Positions 14,299 to 27,000 of a stretch of 64,000 nt of DNA are shown here, in pieces. Source of the DNA: Ruditapes philippinarum (lineage: Eukaryota). The notes below the pieces were generated by a model. The model was not told the origin of the DNA. It made no database searches and saw only the letters and a program-made list of their open reading frames with translations. The DNA lies in NCBI RefSeq assembly GCF_026571515.1, contig NW_026856228.1:124001-188000 (forward strand), in the 5' to 3' direction. Each line of letters begins with the position of its first letter. Within the stretch, counting starts at the first letter, position 1. The position numbers and the translations under genes are program-made.

Positions 14299-14820
14299 CG
14301 GAAACTTAAAAATGAAGCCGTTTTCAACCACAGTAATTGGGATTTTATAACAGTTTCATCAATACAAGAGAAGAGGAATGAGGTCACTAACGAAGCTCAC
14401 AACATGTCACAGGAAACTGAAAATATAGATTACATGGACACAGAAAGCTAACACTAGTACTAATACAATGCATAGAGCAGTGGAAAATAGTGTTTTAGTT
14501 TCTGATTCTGCGAAGGACAATAATTTATGTTAATGTTATTCTTGTTTCCCATGCGTAGAAGCATATGAACAGTCCTGGATGGGATAGGGGACAAGGCCAA
14601 CACCTAAAAACAGAATTTTAATGAATCATTTACGAAAAGTTTGGTCAATGCTGGAAGACGAAATGCTTAGCGTCGAAGAAAGTATCTGAGAAAGAAGGCT
14701 CGAATTCTTGGAATAAAAGATGAACGAGACATAATCATTATGCCAAGTTGTGTTTTAAATTTAGTAAGGGTAATGTATCCTAATCCACCGGGACAACCCT
14801 ACACTGGACACATTTGGTAA
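14299..14820 (+). pseudogene. Decayed ORF resembling the P2X7 C-terminal (ballast)/Kolobok KolX-like Cys-rich domain
   Basis: Translation across stops and frameshifts: C*CYSCFPCVEAYEQSWMG...KVWSML...RKYLRKKARILG...IMPSCVLNLVRVMYPNPPGQPYTGHIW*. PSCV..(I/V)R..YP.P.G.YTG is the motif I recall for this domain. Confidence 0.6.
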
Positions 14821-16677
14821 TCGTAACCATTAGAATAGAAAATACAATCTTGTATTACTTGAATATAATGTGCCTGTAAAATTAATTTACAACTAATTTA
14901 AAACTTACAAGAGAGAGAAATACAAACAAAGAGTAAAAAGTTATTTCTGTTTGTTTTTTTATAATTGAAAATGTACCTACTTCATGCACTTTTAGTTAAT
15001 TAATTAATTAGTTGTTCTACTATCAATAAGATGCAAATGCAAATTTAGTTTTTATGACAAAACTCAGAAAACTGTTATATCAAGAAAGTAACACATTGCT
15101 GTCCATATTGCATGTGCATAGATTGCCATGTGTTCACATTTCTATGTTTACAAACATTTTGGTCAAATGGTTTACATAATAAACTTTCCCCTACCCCTTA
15201 GTTCAAATTTGATTTTATGTTTTCAATTGTTATGTATTTATAAGAACCTATTTTCCCATATTTTTTCAAATTTCTTATTAAGACTTATAAATTTATCATT
15301 TAAATTCATTATTTTACTGCAAATATTTGTAAAAATCCTTCCCCGTGGTGATTACAGTTTAAAAAAATCAAGGAAAACCGCCCACCAGCCATTACCTCCC
15401 ATTACTAGGTTGGATATATAAGCAGAATTAAACATATAAACATTTTAAAAAAGTAAAAATTCAAATATAGGTACATCCGCAGATATGTTCATATGGTTAT
15501 GGTTATCATGGAATTTTTATGTGACACATTTGTGTAATTTCCATGAAAAGCAGCGTATGGTCCCCCAGTAAAACAATGCAAAGAAGAGACGCCTATTTAA
15601 CGGTTTCACAAATGTACGATTTCGTAGAGATCACTCTTCTTCCATTTTATTCCTACACGCCCAGCTAATAAGCCTGCCATTGTAAAATGCTTTTAAAAGA
15701 AGAAAATGTAACAGTTTTATGGAACCCTCACCAGAACTTCCCCTCGCGACTTTTTTCTTTTTCAGAAATTTAAAAAAAAAAAATCCTAGTTTTGACGTTG
15801 ATATAAACAAGAAGGCATTTAGTCAATTTTTTTAAATTGTATCCCCGAAAAACCCGGATAAACTACGTGAATTTCAACATGTAAAAAAGTATTTTAAGAC
15901 GAGTACCTCGGTGAAATAACTGAAAGGAAATAAGTTTAAAAACCAAATTAAACACCAAAATTCCAAAATTTAAATTTTTGCGATATTTTGTACGAAAAAT
16001 TTTTTTATGACATGAAAATTATGTAAATTTTTGAACATGCAAGGGGGAGTAAAAAAATTTTTTAAAAAATTTTCGACGAGTGACTAAAAATTTAAAAATA
16101 CTTTCCAAAATTAAACAAATTTTTTACAATTGACAGACGAAAACATAACATTTAACAAAAATTTTTTAAATTTTGATAAAAACCCAAAATTAAATTTTTT
16201 AAAAATACGAGATAAGCTAGATTTACAATTTTTTTAAATTTTTTTAACAAACATTTTGAAAGTCTCCCGCTCACCATATCCGAAACTTCAAACCCCAGGG
16301 CCCCGGAAAATTCCACCCTGAAAAGATTAATGACTTTGGGAAAAGAAAAATAATAATGGGGTTTTTTATTCCTTTTATTATTTTTTCAAAACATCAATTT
16401 AAAAACGAGTTTTATACGAATACTATTGGTAAACAGGAAGAAAAAACAGGTAATGTAAATGGAAGGGAAATATTCCTTCGATTGTTTATTATTTGATACG
16501 TAGGGCGATGAAAAGTAAAATGCATTTATGTATAATGACGTTTATTAATTTTGCTATTTTTGTTTAATTTTAATTTAATTTCAGTAACACCAACTATTAT
16601 CATATTGAACCTTTCCTGTTATACTGGTGCAGGCAAACCTCGTCAAAGAATCTAAACTCCCAGGAGGGATTCATAAA

Positions 16678-16746
16678 GATAGACAGACAGGCAGGCAGGC
16701 AGGCAGGCAGGCCGGCAGACAGACAGACAGGCAGACAGACAGACAG
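16678..16746. repeat. (AGAC/AGGC)n microsatellite, the LINE 3' tail
   Basis: Directly visible tetranucleotide repeat abutting the LINE's AATAAA. Confidence 0.9.
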
Positions 16747-18003
16747 TTTATTTATATAAGACGTGTTTAAAATGCACATGGTCACAAAATACATACATTC
16801 AAATTTAATTAAACATCACGTTATCATCAAAGTTAACATTATTTAGTTGCAAAGTGTCATACAATGATATAATTACATCTTTGGACTGTATTAACAAAAC
16901 ACGGAGAATGAAAATATTGTGCTATAAAATTTCCCAAATTTAACAAGACTTGCTTTGTTTTTAGAACTTAATAAATCAATAAATTTCTACACGCTCGGGT
17001 TTTTCAGATAATATTTTGGAATGAATTTGTTTCTCAGGTCAGAATATTTTTTTGCATGTGATTATAAAATGAAATTCATCTTCTATGTCATTACCGCAGA
17101 ATGACATAATCTTTTATTTCTTGGTTTTCGATTACGCTCATGTCTAAGAGATTCAATAAATAAACTATGCGACGACACGCGCAATCTAGTTATGCTATTA
17201 CGTATTATAAACGAATTTATTTTAATCAAGTAATCCGATATCCGTTTTAAATGTATGTACAAGGATTTCAGTATTTCATTTTTCTCAATATCTCCAAATA
17301 CTTTCTGTAAGGCGTAACCCGTTACTGTTTTCTTGAACAAATTTACAAATAACTTGAAATTTATGTTTTCATGATTAACAAAAAAGAGCTAAATCCATAA
17401 TCATCGAGCAGTTTTTTTTAACATGGAACACCCAACTCTTTCTACCATTATAATAATGCGGCAATGAATGTGCATAAAGCACGTGTTCGGGTGATATATA
17501 CCAATAAACGGACAAATTCTATCATTTCCATGCTAAAACAAACTTGTTTTAATAAATTTGACACTCCATTGTGTATGTATCTGATCAAATAGTACCTATA
17601 AGAATCGACCACATTGAATTGGGGAATTACGTTCCTGACACTGCTTTAAAAAGACTTTCTTTCTCTTTTTTAAATATAGCATATTATAATAGTTGATCTG
17701 TTATAAGAGACGGTGCTATTTATAAACGTCTCGACCCTTTTAACTTTAAGTAATTTAAATATGCTGTTCACTCTATAAATACACGTAATTTTAACTTAGT
17801 ATGGGAGCAATCCCATCTCATTCCTATCATTGGTTACGTACTTCTATACGAACTTGTGATAGGAATTATGGCACACACGTAAACACATGTACCGATAAAA
17901 CTATAGCTTAATTAACATTAGTTCCCATATAAATACAGTATGTTTTAAATGAAGTATATGCTCGCCCTTATAGTTCATTCCGGTGGCGAGGGTAAACAAA
18001 CCA

Positions 18004-18092
18004 AACACACACACACACGCGCGCACACGCGCGCGCACCCGCACCACACACACACACACACACACCCACACACACACATCCACACACACACA
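18004..18092. repeat. (CA)n/(CG)n compound microsatellite
   Basis: Alternating purine-pyrimidine tract directly visible. Confidence 0.95.
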
Positions 18093-21036
18093 TATGCATA
18101 AACTGATTTTAATAACATATTATCCGAATTGATAATCTTGACCCAGTATTTGATAATATGTACAAAACGAAATACATATAAAGGATAGCGACCTAACTCT
18201 GCATATATAGCTGCGTTACTTGTCGATTGTTCTTCACCAAGGATTGTTTTGCAAAACTGTAGATGTATACGTTCTAATTCACAAGACTTAGTAAACCCCC
18301 AAATAGGACAACCATAATTCAATATCGATCCTACGTATGCATCAAAAAGTTGCAATGAAATATCTGGACGAATTTTATATCTTTTGATATTATTTAACAA
18401 TGTGTGCATCGCCCTAAGTGCTTTGCCTTTTAGACATTTTATATTTAAAGCGAAAGTACCAGTGTTATTCAACGTTAATCCCAAATAATTGAAATCATCA
18501 ACAATTTCCAACTGTTAATCATTGTAAATGAAATGTTCACTCCTTTTAACTGGCCCTCGTTTCCTAAAAACAACAACTTTGGTTTTTGCAGTGTTTACCT
18601 CTAATCCCATTTTTCACAATATGCGCGTAAAGAATTCAGTCTCGATTGTAAATCTTCTACAGAATCGCCACATATTACCAAATCATCCGCAAATACAAAA
18701 TAACAAGACAAATTTCATTAATGGTAAAGCCAGTTGTATTAACTTGCTGCAAAAACGATTCGATATATTCAATAAATAAGGAAAAAATGTCGGCGAATTA
18801 GTCTGCCCCTGACGTAAGCCCGACGCGATTTCAACAAAATCAGAAAATTCATTATTAAATTTTATACTAGACTTTACAATATTGTACATGTTTCTAAACA
18901 TTGTTAAAATTTTACCATTTAATCCTTTTTGTACAGTTTAAACCACAACGCGTCACGGTTCATTGAATCAAATGCTTTTTCAGATCAACGAAAGCGCTAC
19001 ACAGACGTTTTTTTGTCGTTTAAGGTTTGCTCTATTAAATTCTGCAGTACAAAGATTGCATTTACGGTACTATGATTTTTTTCTAAAACCGAATTGCGCA
19101 TCTGGTAATTTTTTTGGACTCTCACACCACTTAACGACTCGCGCATCTAAAATCCCGTAAACAATTTACCGGGATTACTCAATAATGTTATACCACGATA
19201 ATCATTGACGTTTTTCACATCACCTTTTTTATGTAGTGGTATAATGAAACCTTCGGCACATTTCTCTGGAAAGATACCTGAATCAAAAACAATGTTAAAT
19301 AAATCCGCTAAATGCCCGTCTAAAATGTCAGCTGCATTTAAAAAAATATTCAGTTAGTAAATTGTCAGCTGGACATGAAGCTTTGTTACGCTTTAAACGC
19401 CTAATTCCTTCGCGTACTTCTGTAATAGATATACGCTCATTTAATTGTTTAGATACATCGTCATCAGAACTTATATTAATTTCGTCTGTGGACAAAAAAA
19501 TTTCAACTTCAATCGATGCATTGTACCTGAATATAGTCTGTGGTGAGAAGGGCATGCGGTCAAAGTCCACGACCAAAGCAATTCTGCCACGGGCGCCTCA
19601 AAACAATATCAATAAGAATAGTTCAACCATGAATAACCAACAATTAAAGCTGCACGTATGAGATACAAAATGCTCACATCTGATAATGAATTGTTTTTAG
19701 CAAATACTGTTTTTTTCCCTTCTTAATAAATATACACGTAGAGAAATATACTCGCTTAAAGCAGCATGCCTCCCGATTCATGCACATGTTCATGAACATT
19801 TATGAAAAGTATTTATAAGAGAACAAAAATGTAAAGCACACGGCACTTACAGTCCATGTAAATTGTAAAAAAGCGGTCAACATATGCAAATATAGCCTTT
19901 TCTTCGTGAGTCTCGCTGTAGAAATATAATTAGAACATACTGCAAATCAGTTATTTATCGCATATAACATGCAACTTATAACTTGATTCTTGTATTTTTT
20001 CACTTTTCTCAAAATAATTGTACATTTTTTCTCCAGGCTGATATTCTTTAAATATATTATGTATTAACATTATTTATGACCGTTGTTTATGATTTAACTG
20101 ACTTTTGTTATGAACCAAATCTCTTTTTGAAAAACATAGACGTATACTTTATGATCATGCCAAAGAATGATGTAAACATTAAATGAGACTGCAAATTTCA
20201 TCAAATTTTGAATAAATCATAAAAAGTATATGTATTTAAATTAACGAACACTTTATTGTGTTTCATTTACACAAAGCATTCTTTTATAAGAAAGGATGAT
20301 ACATTTAAAACTTATGTTTCCATGCCAAAAAAATGGCGTAAGCAAATATTGTGCATCTATAAACAATTTTTCTTATATGACGATTTATTGGCCTGCATCT
20401 TGTCCATCAACCATTTTTTGTTTGTTTTTATTACATCATATTTTATGATAAATATTCTTTTCCATGCAAATATAAAAAAATAAATACGATGTTGTAATTG
20501 AGGTTGTATACCACACTTAAATGAATTTATATATATGTATATAATTATACTTATAAAACAATTTTCAAACATCGAAGAATATGTAAAATATGTACTGCAA
20601 ATATTAATATTCATCTCTTATTTAACATTTTGACTTAGTCTTGAAAGAAAATAATTTTTTATTGCCTCCCTTTATTTACATGAAATGTTAAATTCGTTTA
20701 TATCTTTATGAATAATGCTTTTTGGAACTGCCACATTGATAAATGTTAATTTGAGCGTCATATTTATGATATAAAACCATAAAAAATGTGTTACAGGATC
20801 TTTAAAAAAAGTCATGAAGTTGTTTTTTCTATAATTCATGTGTCTTGACAAGGACATTTAGAACATACTGTTCTTATGAATATATTGTACAAATAGTAAA
20901 TGTTATAACGAAAGTTTGGTACATGCTCAAAATATACACACTTAACATTTATAGATAAAAATCAATGAAAGTCTTAACATGTCATTTATAATCTTTTTTT
21001 AAGCATGATGTATGATTAATATTGATTAAGATATTA

Positions 21037-24000
21037 TTAACAAGCTTTCTTTTCGCAAATGAAGGAGCAAGGTGTATAGTGGCAGTCTTCATGCGAATTC
21101 CATAGCCAATTGTCAGTACGTAAGTAATTGATGCAGCCTTGATTGTTTGGTTTGCCTGGAGCCCAGCCATCTATTCTCATTTCTGATCCGTCAATCCAGC
21201 GATATTCTCCGGCACTTGCATTATAACGAGCACCTATCCAGGCATAGTCTCCACCTTGACAATAAACAAACAGCGCATCATGTAATTTGAAATCATTTGC
21301 AATCAACTACCAGCAATATAAAAGTTGATATCGGTGCCGCATTGTTGTTCCGTTCAAATATTTAATTCATATATTCATTACACGTTGAATTGGCAGAAAC
21401 ACAATAATACATTTTTGATGAAGCATAATTTAAATGTGCTTTTTGCATTTTCTTTCTCATTTAAGCAAGAAAATCAATATACAAATTTCAAAGATGTGTT
21501 AATAAAAAATGAAGCCCAAACAATATCTGTAATTCCAAACCAATACTTTTTGCATTTAAAACTCAGCTCAGTTGGGAACAGACCAGAGATGAGAGAACCA
21601 AAAAATGGAATATTGTGGCGGCGATATGCAAACGATATACGACAAAAAAATCACAACCGTTCGTCATTTACCAATATTTCACACCCGTGTTTACATCAAG
21701 AATAAAAAAAGTGTTTAAAGAAGAAAATATATAAAGCATAACATTAAAATGTTCATTTACTTCTCGGCTATCTTATCTATTTTCTTCAGGTATTCAAACC
21801 TCATTTATTCCATTGAAAAGGCACTTCATGCTAATGATATCTTTATTATACTGATTTTGATAATTTATTTAACATTTACTCTTTTAAATGGAAAATACAA
21901 ACATCTAGGGCTGCGTTTCATAGAAAATCCTAAGTGTATCCCAAGTCCTAGAACAAACTATAGGACTAACTTAAACGCAACCTATGAGTTTCACTTACCT
22001 AGTGCAATCAGTTTATCACGCATGAATGTATGTTCTTGGTCTGTGTCAACTTTGACAAGGTTTGCATTCATCGATTCACAGAGCAACTGCAATGATATGT
22101 GACAAATAAATTTTAAAACTTAGACTAGACCTTAGTTGGTTGAACACAATGTATTGATATTCATAGACATAGACTATTGTTTTCAACACCTTTTTGTTTT
22201 TAAAAAAAAAGGAACATACACCTGTTATCTAAGAACCATTCAAATTCAAAACCTTACTCCAGCTCTTCATTGATTTAACAGCAGATGTAAAAAAGAACAA
22301 ATAATGACTTGTTAGCTGGGTTAAACTTCATGAATAGATATTTCAAAAATGTAAATAAGTCATTTGTTTATTAAACGTCATGCATTCAAATCCAAAGCTT
22401 GTACCAGTCTTTGTTGTTTTAACCCTATGCATGACAATTTATAAACTTAGACCAAAGTATAAATGTTGAAACATTTACATAGATACCTTTACCAATTCTT
22501 TGTTGATTTAAGTTCAGTTACTGACCATAGAAATTTGTTATATATTTGGTAAATCACATACCTTTGAATCTTGCCAAGCTCTTTCTTCTGTCGTAGAGAA
22601 AAAATAACACTTGTCACCATATTTATCCCAACCTGATTCACAGCCTTTGATATATAAAAAGTTCATACTAAATAATGCGTAATGAATCTAAAAGAAGATT
22701 GATTATACAAGGGGTGCTTCAGAATTAATGCCACTTACCATGTAAATGTTTTTATTACTATTTACTTTATTTGAAACAAATAACTCTCATTTTGCATGCA
22801 CATATGTTATGTATGCAACATATAACATGTATATAGTACATCTTTGACAAGTTATTTCCAATATTATCACTGTTCTATCTTTAGAACATAAACAACATGT
22901 ATGTAGTAGAAGTTTCTTAACTGTTGTAGAAAATTCGTGCATTATATTTAGATAGAAATTTCCAGATTATTCTTTACTGTTGAAGGTGCTAGATTATGAT
23001 TACTGTAGACTGATCTGGAATGTTCTTAGCTTTTATATAAGGGGACATTTTTCATTTTCTTGATCTTTTAAGTCATCAGTTACCTTTTAAGTCATCAATA
23101 CACTTGGAGTATTATTCAACTTGGATATTAAGTAATTTATTGGATTTTAAAATATATTAAATTATTCTTGTGGATTTTATTGTGGGAATTTATTCTAAAG
23201 TGTTCTTGGATTTAACTTGGATTTAACTGTGCTGTTCAAAACAGGATCATTCCTGGATCAGACTAGACATTTGAAATTTACATTTTTATTTTGACTTCAG
23301 GTATTTGTAAACATAAATTGTTATTTAACTTTTCTTTAATAATTTTGCTGTAATAAATTTGTTATAGTTACAAGTTTGTTGCTGGCTTTTCTTTCTCGTT
23401 ACGCCTGGCTCGTAACAGAAATTGGGGGCTTGTCCGGGATTGAATATTCCTTTTTGTCTACATTATTGGAAATTATTACCGTTTATTTTACATTTAATTA
23501 TTACCGTATTTACTAATCTGAGTTGATATTATAGTTGTTTTATCAAGTGTGCCTTTCAATTCTGAAATTTTTGAAACACACCACTTTTAAGTTTAAAACC
23601 AGCAGCAAGCAGTCATGTCTTTTGATTTAGAAAAGTTTGTAGCTGAACCTTCCCAGGAGGTATTAGATTTGGCTAAGAAAACTGATATGCTCGATCTTGC
23701 AAAAAAGTATAAATATCCGAAATTAAATCTTCCATGCGTAAACTAGAAACTAAAATATTTTTGGTGAAGACCCCCCTTTTCACATTGTTGAAAAACACTC
23801 TGAAATCTATGAAATAAAGATAAGAGAGCTTGAACTTCAATTTAAATTTGAACTAGAGAAAATGGAGTTAAAAAAGGAAGGGAAAAAAAGAAAGGGAAGA
23901 TTGACAGTTAGAAAAAGAAAGGGAAGAAAGACAGATGGAAAAAGAAAGGGAAGAAAGGCAGTTGGAAAAAGAAACGGAAAGGACATTTTAGTTAAGAATG

Positions 24001-27000
24001 AGAGAATTAGAAATCAAAGAGAGAGCAAATCAATTTGAACATAGAATGAATTCAAAATTTGATGTCACTAAAAATATTAGGCTTGTTCCACCTTTCCAAG
24101 AAAAAGAAATTGATAAGTATTTTCTTCATTTTGAAAAGGTTGCTGAAAATTTAAAATGGCCAAAAGAGGGCTGGACATTTCTTTTACAGAGCGTAATTGG
24201 TAAAGCTCGTGAAATCTATACACAATTTACTGTTGAACAAAGCTCTAATTATGATAATGTAAAAGAATTAATGCTGAAAGGTTATGAGTTAGTACCAGGG
24301 GCCTACAGGCAAAAAATTCAGAAATTCTAAGAAAGAAATTGGTCAAACCCATGCCGAATTTGCAAGAGAAAAAGAACAACTTTTTGATGGGTGGTGTCTA
24401 TCTAAGAAAATTAATAAAACTCATGAAAAGCTCAGACAGCTTATGTTGGTTGAAGAGTTTAAACGTTGTATTCACTCTGATGTTAAATCTTTCTTAGATG
24501 AAAAACAGGTAGAAACTTAAAAAGAAGCTGCCCGCCTAGCTGATGATTATTCTTTAACCCACAAATTCTCATTTATGAATGAAGGGAAGTCCACACCCTC
24601 ACATTTTAATTCCAAGTTCAGTTCTGGTAATATATCTGGCTCATCTAGACAGTCAAATACTCCCAAACCAAAGTCATCTGATGAACATAAAGGTCATACT
24701 CCCTTATCTCGTCCTACATGCAATTATTGCAAGAAAGCTGGACATCTTATTTCTGATACCTTAAAAAGGAGGCAACAGCAACGTTATGAGGCCAAACCAA
24801 CAGGTCTTACCACTTCAAGGTCTGAACCTCAGTCTTGTATTGATGCAATTTTGAAGGTCAAAGAACCCAAGTCTGATTCTATAACCATTCTTTGTTCCGT
24901 GTCACTTATCGGTGATACTTGCCCACCTACTCCTATTTTAAAAAAACATTCTAAAATTTAAAGAGACACAGGAGCTTCTCAATCTCTTATTTTAGCAGAT
25001 ACACTGCTTTTTTCTGAGAAGACTTCTTCTGGATCTAGTGTCCTTATTCAGGGCGTATAGTGTGGTATTTCTAATGTCCCTCTCCATAATATTTATTTGT
25101 CCTCAGATTTGGTAACTCGGCCGGTGGCTGTAGGTATAAGATCTTTCTTACCCTTTAAAGGTGTTCATTTATAACTAGGTAATGACTTGGCTGGAGATAA
25201 GGAAATGGTAAATCCATTTGTAACTGACACTCTTTGTGTGAATCAGACACCTGACCCCTTTGAGCAGGAAATTCCTGACCTTTACCCTTCATGTGCAGTT
25301 ACTCGAGCTATGGCTAAGAAGGCCATTCAAAAAGACAATTATTGTTCAGATATTGACTTAGCTGATACTGTTATAGGTCAGTCTTTTGATAATAATTTTT
25401 TCTCTCACTCCTACTCTGCCTGAAACTCAGACAGATTGTTCAATATCTGACTTTTCTACACCAAGATCTAAAGATCAAGGTCATGACACGCTGTCAAATT
25501 CACAGCTTATCCAGGAACAACAAAATGATCTTGAGATTTCAGTCCTTGTTCAAAATGCCTTGAGTGAAGATGTAGCTTCACAAGTCCTTGTTTGTTATTA
25601 TGAAAAGAATGGGATTTTAATGAGAAATTGGCGACCTCCCGATGTCCCTGCTGACGTGGAGTGGACTGTTAATCACCAAATTATGGTCCCTTAATCATAT
25701 CGCCAGGAAATATTATAGGCTAGGCATTTTAGCCAAAAATAAGACCCAACCTCAAACAAATTCCTTCAGAAAAGATATTTGCATATTTGTTATCTACTAT
25801 ATGTGTTGCTACAGGAAAAAAGTCCTCACAAAAATTCGAAGTATAAAATACTAAAAATGTCATGTTTTGAAATCACGTGTTTTCAATTACAAAAATCTGT
25901 GAAATTAAATAACCCAGATTTTCTACGGAAATATGGTCATTAACAAAGTAACACATTAATACACAAACATGCTTTATTTAATCTAAAACACTTCAACCAA
26001 TGTTCATTACATTCAAAAAGTCGCAACACTGCATAATCTATACATCATCATTTAGACTGGTATAAAACATAACTCCACCCACTAATGATATTTTTTTTTT
26101 TTTACTTTAAGTCAGATTCCATTTAATATTCTTACAAGTTAGCTCTTTATCTATCTAAATTCATATTATAATTCAAAATTGCAATACATTTTACACGAAT
26201 AATTATTATTTATATACATTGTATAATTTGCATTTCTGTTCTGAAAATCAATCCTTCAAGTAAATATCTTACCAATGCTAAATTGCACTTACTTAACCAT
26301 AGAATTTTTGTAAAAAAATATTGTAAAAAGACATTTTAAAATAAAATAAATCTTCCGAATGTTAAGACACTGAAAAAAAAAACAATGTTATTTCATCATT
26401 TTTTGTCACCGAGGCCCGACTATCCATATAGTATGACAACGCTACACATGTATATATACATATTGCCCTGCCCTTGTTCAATGCTGAAATTATATCTCCA
26501 CCTTTTCGGCCGGTGCTGTTGAAACCTTTAGCCTGCCATTTTCACAGAGACACATTGTTTCGAATCTGTAAAATTGTAACAACATAATATGATAAATAAA
26601 AATGCGAAAAATGCATTCTGCTTTTAAAATAAAACAATTTTATGTCAAACTGAAAATGTAGGTACTATAAAAAGCAAGATAGGATTGTGTTTATATTTTT
26701 ATATTGAATTATCTACAAATAATTCATAAATAAATGAGGCATGTTTAGCCTCGCCAAAAACGTGCCTCAGCTTTCTTCTTTAGAAAATATGTTATATTAG
26801 TATAACAAATTCAAAGCGTGTAAATTGCCTATCGACTGAAAGAAGCGCTGACTGTGAAACATCATAATGTGCCATATAAGTAGGAAATACTGAACAAAAC
26901 GGCAGCTATACCTTCATACAAATAACTAAATTGGAATTTTTAAGTCGGGTGTTTAAGGTCACTGACTTGCTTCTTACGGTGTTAACGGTGTAGGCTCGAG

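Larger units (their letters stand above)
16678..19527 (-). mobile_element. 5'-truncated, degenerate non-LTR retrotransposon (LINE, RTE-X/L2-like RT)
   Basis: RT motifs in several frames: IRRLKRNKA, IIPLHKKGD...YRGITL, QFGFRK, AFVDL, GLRQGQTNSP, FNYLG, YAELGRYPL, and the C-terminal EDEFHFIITC. The 3' end is AATAAA followed by a (CTGT/CTGC)n tail at 16678-16746. Interrupted by ~630 bp of unrelated DNA (17462-18095). Confidence 0.9.

Noticed and set aside
15500-15700. LHCFTG...AFHG on the minus strand as a Kolobok or Academ transposase fragment facing the KolX-like ORF
   Set aside because: Only a few matching residues, next to low-quality sequence; better explained as part of the PYE(H/Y)ICG tail remnant.
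17901-18100. VCVCVC-rich ORFs in the track
   Set aside because: Read-through of the (TG)n microsatellite, not protein.
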